A stretch of DNA of 64,000 bases, taken from contig JBHLLG010000010.1 of the NCBI GenBank assembly GCA_048885925.1, forward strand, positions 11,234-75,233, read 5' to 3'. The stretch's first letter is position 1, and each line of letters opens with the position of its first letter. The position numbers and the translations under genes are program-made. The notes under the pieces are model-generated. The model searched no databases. It was not told the DNA's origin and saw nothing but the letters and a program-made list of their open reading frames with translations. Shown one piece after another: positions 19,379-28,746 of the stretch. Source of the stretch: Candidatus Hermodarchaeota archaeon. Its GTDB lineage: Archaea > Asgardarchaeota > Lokiarchaeia > Sigyniarchaeales > SOKP01.

Positions 19379-19590
19379 AAAAAATTTTTTCTGGTTATAA
19401 ATTTCGAGAATTCTAATTCCAGCCTGAAAAATCTAATATATAATAGAATTATGAGTGTGTCTTACATTAGAATTTATCAAATTTGCTTCCATATTATATG
19501 CAAATAGCTAGATATATAAAGAAAAATTACACATTCTATTATAAAAAAAAGTAATCTGTTTATAATTCTAATATAATAAAGAGTGGAAAT
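19379..19590 (+). repeat. Diverged direct repeat, copy 2, containing a relic of the activase C-terminus
   Basis: 19381-19416 translates as KIFSGYKFREF*, against KIFSNFKFREF* in the activase. This copy carries a short extra insertion relative to copy 1. Confidence 0.9.
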
Positions 19591-19630
19591 AAATATATCT
19601 AAAAAAAAATAGACATAAGAGAGGAGTAGA

Positions 19631-20431
19631 ATGGGGGATCGTCTGAAGGATAAGATAGCTATAGTTATTGGAGCAGGACAGCAACCGGGAGATACAATAG
19701 GTAATGGAAGAGCAATTTCAATTCTTTTTGCTCGTGAGGGTGCCAAAGTAATGCTTGTTGACCAGGATCTTAATTCTGCTCAAGAAACAAAATTGATGAT
19801 TGATAAGGAAGGTAATGAATCATTCACATTCAAAGCCAATATTGTAAAAGAGGATGATTGTCGGCAAATAGCTGAGAAATGTGTTGAGTTATATGGTCGA
19901 ATTGACATTCTTGTCAATAACGTTGGTATTGGAGAGGGAGATAACAAATTGGTAAAATTAAGCGAAGACATATGGGATAAAATTTTTAATACAAACCTAA
20001 AAGGAATGTTTTTCACTTGTAAGTATGTATTACCTATAATGGAGAAACAAGAAAGCGGTTCTATTATCAATATATCTTCTATCGCAGCTATTTGTGCCAC
20101 ATCTCTAGCAGCTTATAAAATATCAAAATCAGGAGTTAATTCTTTAACTCATCAACTAGCCATGAAATATGCTAAGAAAGGAATCCGTATTAATGCCATC
20201 ATGCCTGGATACTTAAATACACCCATGGCCATTGAAGGACTTTCAAGAGCGAGAGGGATAAGTAAAGAAGATTTAATCAAATATAGAAATAATATGGTCC
20301 CACTAAAAGGGGGAATGGGAGATGCTTGGGACACTGCTTATGCCGCTCTTTTCTTGGCTTCTGATGAGGCAAAATTTATCACTTCAATTGTACTCCCAGT
20401 TGACGGCGGTCAAAGCTCAAGAATAGGATAA
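19631..20431 (+). CDS. Short-chain dehydrogenase/reductase (FabG-like)
   Basis: GAGQ..GNG, NNVG, YKISK catalytic motif and VDGG. Confidence 0.92.
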   Translation: MGDRLKDKIAIVIGAGQQPGDTIGNGRAISILFAREGAKVMLVDQDLNSAQETKLMIDKEGNESFTFKANIVKEDDCRQIAEKCVELYGRIDILVNNVGIGEGDNKLVKLSEDIWDKIFNTNLKGMFFTCKYVLPIMEKQESGSIINISSIAAICATSLAAYKISKSGVNSLTHQLAMKYAKKGIRINAIMPGYLNTPMAIEGLSRARGISKEDLIKYRNNMVPLKGGMGDAWDTAYAALFLASDEAKFITSIVLPVDGGQSSRIG

Positions 20432-20503
20432 TATAAAGGAAAGTAATGTATTACTGTTATTTTTTAAAAATAATTATAGTAATCAAATTAAGGTGAAAAA
20501 ACA

Positions 20504-21121
20504 ATTACTAAAAAAGCAGAAGAATTCCCTAAACAAAGAGAAAGTATTGATCGAGAAAGGGTAAGGCTTACAAAACCTAGAGTTTACCCATTAAACGAAT
20601 CTGAATGGGATGAAGAGGTTAAATCCATCTTAGAACCAATGATAGATGAAGAAAGTGGTCGTGTGATAAATATTTTTAAAACTCTAGCTAGACATGAAAA
20701 GTTACTCAAACGGTGGCTTGTATTTGCTAGACATGTTTTGTTTAAATCTTCTCTCCCTACAAGGGAAAGAGAGATCCTCATACTTCGAATTGGTTGGCTT
20801 TGCAAGTCAGAGTATGAATGGGGTCAACATGTCAAGATCGGAAAAGAAAGTGGGCTTACTGATGATGAAATTAAAGGAATCATAAAGGGTCCAGACTCAA
20901 AAGGATGGGATAGATTTGATGCAACTCTATTAAGAGCTGTTGATGAGCTTTATTATGATTCTTTTATTAGCGATCCAACTTGGAAGACACTTTCCGAGAG
21001 GTATAATACACAGCAACTTTTAGATTTGATTTTTACTGTTGGTCAGTATAATCTAGTAAGTATGACACTAAATACTCTAGGTGTTCAATTGGAAGAGGGC
21101 ACTAAAGGTTTTCCTAAGTAA
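20504..21121 (+). CDS. Carboxymuconolactone decarboxylase/AhpD-family protein (start probably upstream of ATG 20639, candidate ATT 20504)
   Basis: 'REREILILRIGWLCKSEYEWGQH'. The in-frame upstream 'KPRVYPLNESEWDEE' matches the usual family N-terminus. Confidence 0.8.
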   Translation: MTKKAEEFPKQRESIDRERVRLTKPRVYPLNESEWDEEVKSILEPMIDEESGRVINIFKTLARHEKLLKRWLVFARHVLFKSSLPTREREILILRIGWLCKSEYEWGQHVKIGKESGLTDDEIKGIIKGPDSKGWDRFDATLLRAVDELYYDSFISDPTWKTLSERYNTQQLLDLIFTVGQYNLVSMTLNTLGVQLEEGTKGFPK

Positions 21122-21193
21122 AAAAAATATTTATGAGTTATAAATATAATAAAAAAAAAGAAATATTGAGATTTTTTGTTGAAATAAACTACA

Positions 21194-21403
21194 TTAGAAA
21201 TATTTTATTGCTAAAAGGATGTCGTCCTTTGTAACTTTCTTTCTCTTGGCATGCTTTGTGAGAGCTAAGGCAGTTTTTGTTATCTTTTCAGCAGATTGAC
21301 CCATCCAATCTACTAATTCATCAACTGCGTCTCGAGCGACGATAATGGCACCATTGTGCTTCATTAACCTTCGAATAGGACTCCAACTAATATATTCGGA
21401 CAT
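21194..21403 (-). CDS. Archaeal histone (HMf-like histone fold)
   Basis: 'SPIRRLMK', 'VARDAV' and 'HAKRKKVTKDDILLA'. Start likely at MSEY (21403), preceded by GGAGG. Confidence 0.92.
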   Translation of the reverse strand: MSEYISWSPIRRLMKHNGAIIVARDAVDELVDWMGQSAEKITKTALALTKHAKRKKVTKDDILLAIKYF

Positions 21404-21936
21404 TTTATATTCCTCCACTTTTTAATTGTTTGTTATTATTTTTATTGAAATTTATTATTAATTAAGAGTTAGTTATATAGATATTAATCTTTTACATATT
21501 TAAAGATTTTTATTCTTGCTTAATTTTATGGAGAATAAATTGAAAAAAATTGAACGACAAAATTCGAAATCGCAGAAATGATCAATTTCGTGCAACTTTA
21601 ACTAATATATTTCTTTTTACGGAATTTGCTATTCTATTAAAGTTTGGGATTTTTTTTATTGTATTTGCTTAAACTTTTTACTATTTAATGATGAAGGGCA
21701 ATAATGAAAGAGAAAAAAGAAAAATAATCAAATTCTGACACGTTGGATCGTTGAAATTTTTAAAATTTTAATTGTCGCTTTCTTACATAATTGTGAGTGT
21801 TAGAAGAATTGACGTTAGGATCCTTGGCGAATTCGCTCATTGGGAATAAAAATGATGATACAATATAGCTCAAATTAAAATATTTAATAAACAAAATAGA
21901 TTACAAATCAGATAATATTATTTTAATTATAAAATA

Positions 21937-22395
21937 CTACTTATATCTTGGTAGGTCTTTAGCTTCTTGATAATATGACTCAACGCCTATTTCTTTCATT
22001 CTATTATTCATTTGGATCCATCTTCGCTTAAGATGGTCATCAAAATTAGTTTTCTCACAAGGAAATTCATCACATTGAAAACAAAAGTCAATTCCTTTAG
22101 TTTTATAGCAATCCCTTACTCCACAGTCTGGATAAAGGCATGATCCTTTCCTACATCCAGGGCAATTCTCTTCAGTGAAATAATGAAGTAATGCTTTGAA
22201 AGAAGGATATTCTTTAAAGATAGGAAGGAATGATGAAAAACGCTCAGCAAAGACATCGAATGAACCGAGTAGATCTTTTAAATTTAAACTAGTTTCTCTT
22301 ATTATTCCATTTGAGTTAGCAAAACATTTATAACAATTAAGCCCACACGGGGCTAAAATATTTAATATTTCTTTATATTTCATTTTCTTTTTCAA
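21937..22395 (-). CDS. DUF3795 family Cys-rich protein
   Basis: 'APCGLNCYKC', 'CPGCR' and 'FCFQCDEFPC'. Confidence 0.8.
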   Translation of the reverse strand: MKKKMKYKEILNILAPCGLNCYKCFANSNGIIRETSLNLKDLLGSFDVFAERFSSFLPIFKEYPSFKALLHYFTEENCPGCRKGSCLYPDCGVRDCYKTKGIDFCFQCDEFPCEKTNFDDHLKRRWIQMNNRMKEIGVESYYQEAKDLPRYK

Positions 22396-22402
22396 AATTT
22401 TT

Positions 22403-23881
22403 TTAATATTTATTTTTTAAATTAATATTCTTAATGTTCTTTTTCCATAATTTGTGTCGCTCTTTTTTATTTAGAATTAAACTTCTTAATTTACTCGCAG
22501 AATAATTTTTTAAAGCATTAATAATTCGTATAACTGCTCGAGTGAGTGGTTCAAAACTTTCTTGGTGGATTTTATCCAATGTATCAGCAGGATCGATTAG
22601 ATATGGAGGGGCTGCTAACAAAGATATGAAAGGAACATTTTCAGGATGGTAAAAATATCCATCAGTAGGTATTCTATCACTTCCTGGAGGAAATCCGTCA
22701 GGAGGAAGTAAAATAGAGCGCTTTAAATCTTCTTTTATAATTGCATCGTGAACAATTTTTTCAAGAGGTAAAATTCGACTTATAAACCACCAGCGTACTG
22801 TAGGATCATCTAATGGAATAAGAGTACCATTTTCGCTTTTTACATCGCGGGCAACATGTTCTAAATGAATTCCAACAATAACTTTTTTTAATAATTCTTT
22901 ATTTTTTTCTACAAATGTTATAGTTCCCTTTCCTCCAGCCATATGTGCACAATTCAATAAAAACATTAAATTAAACGGACGATCCTCTTTTGGTATTTGA
23001 GACCAATATTGTGCTTGAGCTAAAACGAGAGCAATCCCTGAGGCATCTTCTACTGCCGAATTCCAAGGACCATCATGGTGGCTTCCTATAACAATCCATT
23101 CATCAGACATTCCTGGTAATGTGCCTATGACATTATGAGAATTAACTTCAGAGATATTAGCTTCGTATGACATCTTAGCTCTCACTGTACCTTTTTCCAT
23201 TAACTTTAGAATAATTTTTCCACTATCTCCACTAACATATACACCAGGAAATTCTCGTTTAATAGCATCATAAGGAAAATAATATTTATCAGTTTCCCAT
23301 GGATATCCAGATAGAATTCCGATGATTCCAGCTGTTTTATTATTGAAAGCAGGATCTAATATTGCTCGCATTTTATAATCAAATGGAGCGGTTTGCTCTA
23401 AAGTTTCAAACTCATTCATCGGATCGTAATACCGATCTACTCCAGATAATGAATTTAATGCTCGAACTGGGAACTTAAGTAGGTTTAAATTATGAACTCC
23501 TATTTTTTCTGAAATTGGGGACTTATTGGAAATCATAGACAATTCAGCTTCAAGACCACTTGTTGGTGTAGTATATGGAATTGGAAAACATGGAATCTCA
23601 AATACTTCCTTAGGACTATCAATTAACCAAAATCTAAGTTTTGCTTCACTAGCTTCCCATTTTTTTATAATTACTGATTCAAGAGCTATATTTTGTAAGC
23701 CCATGGTTTCAAAATGGTATTTCACCCAGTTTTCTACCCAATAATCAGCAGGATATCCTGGACGCCTAATACCTTGATGGAATATTTCGGTAATCCATGC
23801 CATCATTTCAACCATTGTTGGTACAAGTTCATTTTTTATTGTATTCATGATTTTTTTGTTAATAGAGAGTCTAATTTCCAA
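22403..23881 (-). CDS. M28-family metallopeptidase with a PA-like insert
   Basis: 'NVIGTLPG', 'GSHHD', 'AVEDASG' and 'DTLDKI'. Confidence 0.8.
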   Translation of the reverse strand: MEIRLSINKKIMNTIKNELVPTMVEMMAWITEIFHQGIRRPGYPADYWVENWVKYHFETMGLQNIALESVIIKKWEASEAKLRFWLIDSPKEVFEIPCFPIPYTTPTSGLEAELSMISNKSPISEKIGVHNLNLLKFPVRALNSLSGVDRYYDPMNEFETLEQTAPFDYKMRAILDPAFNNKTAGIIGILSGYPWETDKYYFPYDAIKREFPGVYVSGDSGKIILKLMEKGTVRAKMSYEANISEVNSHNVIGTLPGMSDEWIVIGSHHDGPWNSAVEDASGIALVLAQAQYWSQIPKEDRPFNLMFLLNCAHMAGGKGTITFVEKNKELLKKVIVGIHLEHVARDVKSENGTLIPLDDPTVRWWFISRILPLEKIVHDAIIKEDLKRSILLPPDGFPPGSDRIPTDGYFYHPENVPFISLLAAPPYLIDPADTLDKIHQESFEPLTRAVIRIINALKNYSASKLRSLILNKKERHKLWKKNIKNINLKNKY

Positions 23882-23925
23882 ATTAAGAGTTATTTAAATA
23901 AATTAGAATGGAAATTTTAATATTT

Positions 23926-24915
23926 CTACCAAATATACTGTGAATAATTACAGGAATTGCACTTTATCTCTTTTCCTTTTTTGGGAAAATAGGGAAGAAT
24001 AGCTCCACAGGATTTACACTCTAAATCATGAATTTGATCAAGAGAAGTTATAATATCATGTACCAAAATTTGCTCCTTAAATTCATCAGAAAATAAAGTT
24101 AAAAAGGAGATAAGTGCATATTGGTTCTTAGAAGAAGCGATTATTTCTACTTTACCTGATGTAACTTGACCTATTAATAATACATCAGTTCTAGATTCCA
24201 ATTCAGATCCAAAACACCATAGAATTTTTTTTTTTGGATCTTTTGCTATTAATTGTAGATTATTCTTTAAAAAAATATGTTCTAATAAGTTGAAATATAG
24301 ATCAGGATCAACCTTTCCACTTATTCCAACACCCATACTTTTAATAGCTCTTTTCATTCCTGGGATTTGAGAAAATTCTCTAATATATGAACTCGGAATT
24401 ATTTTCGGATTGATTGTTATTTTATCTAGAAAAAGTTTTGATGGTTCAGAATTTATCACTCTAACAAAATCTTTACTATTAACATATGTGACTATAGTTC
24501 TTATTTCTCCATTAAGTCCTAGTGATAAGGGACTAAAATGTAAACTAATTTGTCGTGTGCTTTTTTCATTTAATTCATCAAATTCAATGGTTATCTTAGA
24601 TACATTTTTATCTTCAATTGGTTCAGGTATGTATAGAGTAGGAGGATAACTTCTATATAGTGTTAAAAAGTTTGAATATCCGATTTTTATTTTCACTTCA
24701 GATATTGGAGCTAAACTCTGATTAGTTATTATAAACGAATATCTGTAGTGAGCGCCATATGGTTGAAGTTCAGTAATAAGTTTTATTTTATCTTCTTGAT
24801 CAATTTTTTCAAAAGTGTATCTATCAATTACTTCACTTTGATAATCCTCTTTAGTTTTAAATATAACCAACTTATGAACCTTATCGTTGAATTTCTCTCT
24901 CTCTTCTTTTGACAT
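23926..24915 (-). CDS. Hypothetical protein: Ig-like sandwich, alpha/beta platform (adaptin/coatomer appendage-like) and C-terminal zinc ribbon
   Basis: 'SFIITNQSLAPISEVKIKI', 'GEIRTIVTY', 'VEIIASSKNQYALISF' and CKSC..CNSC. Confidence 0.5.
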   Translation of the reverse strand: MSKEEREKFNDKVHKLVIFKTKEDYQSEVIDRYTFEKIDQEDKIKLITELQPYGAHYRYSFIITNQSLAPISEVKIKIGYSNFLTLYRSYPPTLYIPEPIEDKNVSKITIEFDELNEKSTRQISLHFSPLSLGLNGEIRTIVTYVNSKDFVRVINSEPSKLFLDKITINPKIIPSSYIREFSQIPGMKRAIKSMGVGISGKVDPDLYFNLLEHIFLKNNLQLIAKDPKKKILWCFGSELESRTDVLLIGQVTSGKVEIIASSKNQYALISFLTLFSDEFKEQILVHDIITSLDQIHDLECKSCGAILPYFPKKGKEIKCNSCNYSQYIW

Positions 24916-25043
24916 AATTTTTTAAATAGATTTCAACTTATGGATATCTGAATTGAAAGTAAAAGACCCAGATAATTAATAAAATTATACTCTGATTTAT
25001 AATTTTTTTTAACTTATATTAATTTACTAGACTTGAATGTAAT

Positions 25044-25736
25044 ATGATAGAAAAAGAGAACATATTTGAAGAGCTAAATCCGTTATTTGATAGTCCTACA
25101 ATTAAACCTTCATTCAAGAAGGTTCATGTGGTTTTAGCTTTATGCGTCTTTGAGGAAAATAAGGATGGAATTGGGAGATATCGTCTTCAAAAAGAATTGG
25201 AAATCGGCTCTGGAACAGCAAAATCTCTCATAAAAAAATTGAATAGAGATGTAAATTTTATCACTGTTTTAACAGATAAAAATATAAGAAAAGGTCATAT
25301 TCTTACCAAAGTTGGTTTAGATTTTGTAAAAAAGCTGAAAGAGAAATTTCACCTAATAGGTGACGGAGATCCATTAGTATTAAAAGAAATTGTAATAAAA
25401 CCAGAAGGAAATTACTCTTATCTTAGTTATGTGAGGGATGTTGCTGATAAGATCTCAAATGGAATTGATCAAAGGGATGCTGCTATTAAAATTGGAGGTG
25501 TTGGTGCAACATGCTTATTGTATGATGGGAAAGATTTAATATTTCCATCCCTATTACTTTCACAGAATAAAAAAGAGCAAATGAAAGTTGAAGATGATGT
25601 TTTGGCATACATTTCAACACATCTAAATAATAAAAATCTCAAATTAAAAAAAAATGATGTAATTATTATAGGTTTAGGCGAGACTACAGAAAAAGCAAGA
25701 TTAGCCGCTCTAAATGCTTCATTAACATTATTATAA
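25044..25736 (+). CDS. Winged-helix plus DUF4443-type archaeal protein
   Basis: 'IGRYRLQKELEIGSG' HTH and the 'GIDQRDAAIKIGGVGAT' signature. Confidence 0.75.
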   Translation: MIEKENIFEELNPLFDSPTIKPSFKKVHVVLALCVFEENKDGIGRYRLQKELEIGSGTAKSLIKKLNRDVNFITVLTDKNIRKGHILTKVGLDFVKKLKEKFHLIGDGDPLVLKEIVIKPEGNYSYLSYVRDVADKISNGIDQRDAAIKIGGVGATCLLYDGKDLIFPSLLLSQNKKEQMKVEDDVLAYISTHLNNKNLKLKKNDVIIIGLGETTEKARLAALNASLTLL

Positions 25737-25755
25737 AAAAAGGAGATTTTAAACC

Positions 25756-26277
25756 TTGAAATTTGAAAAAGATATTATTCTTTTTATAAGTAGTAATATT
25801 TTTGAGAGAATGAAAAACTGTGTAAAAAATACACACCCAAATGAAGCGTTTGGGTTAATTCTCGGCCCTAAACCTAGAGAAGTTTTATTAAATACTAAAG
25901 ATGAATTTCAATATCACTATTTTGGTGAAAAATTTGAATGTATTGAATCAAGTGAAAAGTCTCCAGTCTCTTTCTTGATAGATAATACTATTAAATTATA
26001 TGAAATTATGGATAAATCAATGAAAAAATATGATAGAAGAGTATTGAGCATTTTTCATTCACATCCCTCAGGAAATCAGCCCAGTGGGTCTGATATCAAG
26101 AATATGAAGTTCTTAGATAGTGCCTATAAAAAACTATATAATTCTTCATATAAATTAAGAATAGGATTTAAAAATCAAATATGGCTGATAATGGATTCTT
26201 CGAATTATGATTTAAATGGCTTTATTTATCTCGAAGGTGAGATTCTACAAATCGTTGTAAAGATAAAACAAGAATAA
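25756..26277 (+). CDS. JAMM/MPN+ (Mov34) metalloprotease
   Basis: 'PNEAFGLILG' Glu and the HxH-x7-S-x2-D-like motif 'FHSHPSGNQPSGSD'. Confidence 0.88.
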   Translation: MKFEKDIILFISSNIFERMKNCVKNTHPNEAFGLILGPKPREVLLNTKDEFQYHYFGEKFECIESSEKSPVSFLIDNTIKLYEIMDKSMKKYDRRVLSIFHSHPSGNQPSGSDIKNMKFLDSAYKKLYNSSYKLRIGFKNQIWLIMDSSNYDLNGFIYLEGEILQIVVKIKQE

Positions 26278-26290
26278 AATTATTTAACAG

Positions 26291-26932
26291 TTATTGGACT
26301 TGTTTATAACCCTCTTTGTCAATAGTACATAATTGGAGTTGGTATCCAGAACCCGCATCCCGCTCCTTAGAACTGGATATAGCTGTTTTTAAAAGATTTA
26401 TACCATCAGTTTTAGACATATTTGATTTCCAATCAGCTTCCAGTACGCCAAGACTGAAGGGACTACCACTTCCAAATGAAATATATTCTTTCTCTTCATA
26501 GAGAGTACCAAGAAGATCAATCCCGTAAAGTTTACCAGATTTTTCTTTTAGGGAATAACCTCCGATTAACATCATACTTAAAAAGTATGTTCTACCTGAA
26601 AAAAGTATATTACGACAAATGCTAGCTACGTATTTTGGTTCTGGTACTTTTCCCTCTTCAACCTCTTTTAACCTTGATAAAGCACGTAGCTGGTTTACGA
26701 CATACTGGCAATCTGCTACGCCACCAGCTATAGTAGCTGCTGTATATTGATTTATTTCAAATAATTTTTGAGCTTGTTTAGAGGCTACAAAATATCCCCC
26801 TGTAGCTTGGCTTTCTGTACCCATAACAACGCCATCTTTTATTAATATTCCTACTGTTGTTGTACCAGTTTGAAGTATTTTTTCGATTTCTTCTTGATCC
26901 AATTGTCGGATATTACTATTATTTTCCATCAT
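26291..26932 (-). CDS. psmB: Proteasome beta subunit
   Basis: Propeptide followed by TG|TTTVG; 'AGGVAD', 'GSGS' and 'RDAGSG'. Confidence 0.95.
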   Translation of the reverse strand: MMENNSNIRQLDQEEIEKILQTGTTTVGILIKDGVVMGTESQATGGYFVASKQAQKLFEINQYTAATIAGGVADCQYVVNQLRALSRLKEVEEGKVPEPKYVASICRNILFSGRTYFLSMMLIGGYSLKEKSGKLYGIDLLGTLYEEKEYISFGSGSPFSLGVLEADWKSNMSKTDGINLLKTAISSSKERDAGSGYQLQLCTIDKEGYKQVQ

Positions 26933-27107
26933 TTTGCTAAAAAGTAGAATTATTAATAAATTATAGCTAAATTAATGTTATATGTTAAATAAAAATTATG
27001 TGTATATTTATTTTACTTTAATAAATCATAATTAAAAGGAATTTTAAAAAAATTTTAAAGAAATAGTTCTTTATATTAACTATTAAATTGGATTAAAGTT
27101 AACGATA

Positions 27108-27488
27108 ATGGCACGATCTCAAGCTAGATCAAAAAGAAGGTATACCGGAAAGAAATATAAATATTTCAGGAAAAAAAGGAAAAGAGAGCTTGAACGCCCG
27201 ACTATAGATACTGAAGTAGCTCCATATCGTGTTAAAAAACAAAGAACGATGGGTGGAAATTTTAAACTTAGATTATTTTCAGATCAATTTATTAATGTAA
27301 CTGATCCTAATACTAATAAGACTTCAAAAGTTCGAATATTAGGCTTTAAAAGTAACGATGCTTCAAAAGATTTGAATCGTAGACATGTACTCACGAAAGG
27401 AGCCGTTGTAGAGACCGAATTAGGCAATGCTAGAATCACCAGTCGTCCTGGTCAACATGGACAACTCAATGCTGTGCTTGTAAAATAG
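27108..27488 (+). CDS. rps8e: 30S ribosomal protein S8e
   Basis: 'RKKRKRELER' and 'LTKGAVVETELGNARITSRPGQHGQLNAVL'. Confidence 0.97.
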   Translation: MARSQARSKRRYTGKKYKYFRKKRKRELERPTIDTEVAPYRVKKQRTMGGNFKLRLFSDQFINVTDPNTNKTSKVRILGFKSNDASKDLNRRHVLTKGAVVETELGNARITSRPGQHGQLNAVLVK

Positions 27489-27582
27489 AATATATTAAAA
27501 GTATTATATATAGTTTAGAAATGTAAATAACTTCACATTTTAATATTTCTAAGTTCCTTAATTTTGATTAAAAAAATAGAGA

Positions 27583-27954
27583 TCATTCTTGGATCTTAAT
27601 ATTTTTAACATTCGCTTTTTTCCCTTCAATTATTTCGGTATTATTGCTTCCACAATTAGAACATGCGAATAATTGAAGTCCTGTTAATTGGGCTTCTTGA
27701 GTTAAAGACACTTCTGAAATTTTACTACATTCTCGACATTTTATCTTACCAGGGGTCACTTTAATGGTTAAAGTTGCACCCTCTGCTATTGAACCTTTAG
27801 TTGCCATCTCAAAAGAACGTTTGAGAAGCTCAGGAACAATAAGAGTTAACTCGCCAATTTCTAATAAAACTTCAGTTATTTTCTTTGCATTATACTTTAT
27901 TGCTGTAGCTTCAGCTACCTTAAAAATGTCATATGCGAAAGCAAATTCATGCAT
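27583..27954 (-). CDS. hypA: Hydrogenase nickel metallochaperone HypA
   Basis: MHE start, 'IGELT' and CxxC..CxxCGS. Confidence 0.93.
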   Translation of the reverse strand: MHEFAFAYDIFKVAEATAIKYNAKKITEVLLEIGELTLIVPELLKRSFEMATKGSIAEGATLTIKVTPGKIKCRECSKISEVSLTQEAQLTGLQLFACSNCGSNNTEIIEGKKANVKNIKIQE

Positions 27955-27965
27955 AATTGAAAAAC

Positions 27966-28262
27966 TTAAGGATTTGTTTGTAATTTTCTAATTTCTTTGG
28001 CAACTTCAAGAATTACTTTATCCTTTTTTTTGCCTTTTGTATCAATTAAAATTCTTCCGGGATCATCCCACCAAGTTCTCGAGTATTTATAGTTTCTCTC
28101 AATTTCAGCGTTATAACCTAAATTTCGTGCAGCTTTCGCAATGTCCTCCAAATTAATTTTTTCTATTGCAAATTTTCGAGGAATACGTCTACCATTACTT
28201 CGACTTCTTTTTGCATCAAAATATTGTGGCCAAAAAATTAAAAATGGTTTTCTCGATCTCAT
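27966..28262 (-). CDS. srp19: Signal recognition particle 19 kDa protein
   Basis: 'WPQYFDAKRSRSNGRRIP' and 'YSRTWWDDPGRI'. Confidence 0.95.
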   Translation of the reverse strand: MRSRKPFLIFWPQYFDAKRSRSNGRRIPRKFAIEKINLEDIAKAARNLGYNAEIERNYKYSRTWWDDPGRILIDTKGKKKDKVILEVAKEIRKLQTNP

Positions 28263-28497
28263 AAAGACTAAAATAAATACAGTTTGTAATGAGAATAATA
28301 TGAATTAAAACTCTTTAAGTAATTTAAAAATTATTGGTATAATTTAAAAAAACCTTGATTATTAAGAATAAAACTTTTTTAGATGCTTAAATTTTGTTAT
28401 CCATATCAGCTTAGATTGTTTATTTAATTTCTTACATATCTCTCTATTAAAAGCGAGAATTAATTTGATAATTAAAAAACAGAACCAATTTATTAAA

Positions 28498-28601
28498 GGG
28501 AGGGTAGTCTAGCCTGGTATGATACAGTAAGATGTTATATCTTACAGCTTAAGACTTGGCTGGGGGCCAAGTGGTCGGGGGTTCAATTCCCCCCTCTCCC
28601 A
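28498..28601 (+). tRNA. tRNA-Pro(GGG) with a ~30-nt non-canonical intron near position 25/26 (~28524-28553)
   Basis: Acceptor stem GGGAGGG/CTCTCCC, anticodon arm CTTGG-CTGGGGG-CCAAG, T arm GGGGG-TTCAATT-CCCCC. The intron contains the hairpin GTAAGAT/ATCTTAC. Confidence 0.92.
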
Positions 28602-28746
28602 TTTAAAAAAATTTAATCATTCTCAACATATTTTCAGTAGTATAAATTACTTTTCTTTGAGTATCTGAATCTTTTTTATTATGAATTATTATAAATTATT
28701 CAAAAATTAGTAGAGTGGATAAGAGAGGTTGTTAAAAATTATAGAA

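Noticed and set aside
21688-21738. 16-codon ORF MMKGNNEREKRKIIKF
   Set aside because: Too short and unsupported; retained only as a weak C/D-box candidate.
27583-27954. hypA as a sign of a hydrogenase operon
   Set aside because: It is isolated among housekeeping genes (srp19, rps8e), with no hydrogenase genes in the window.
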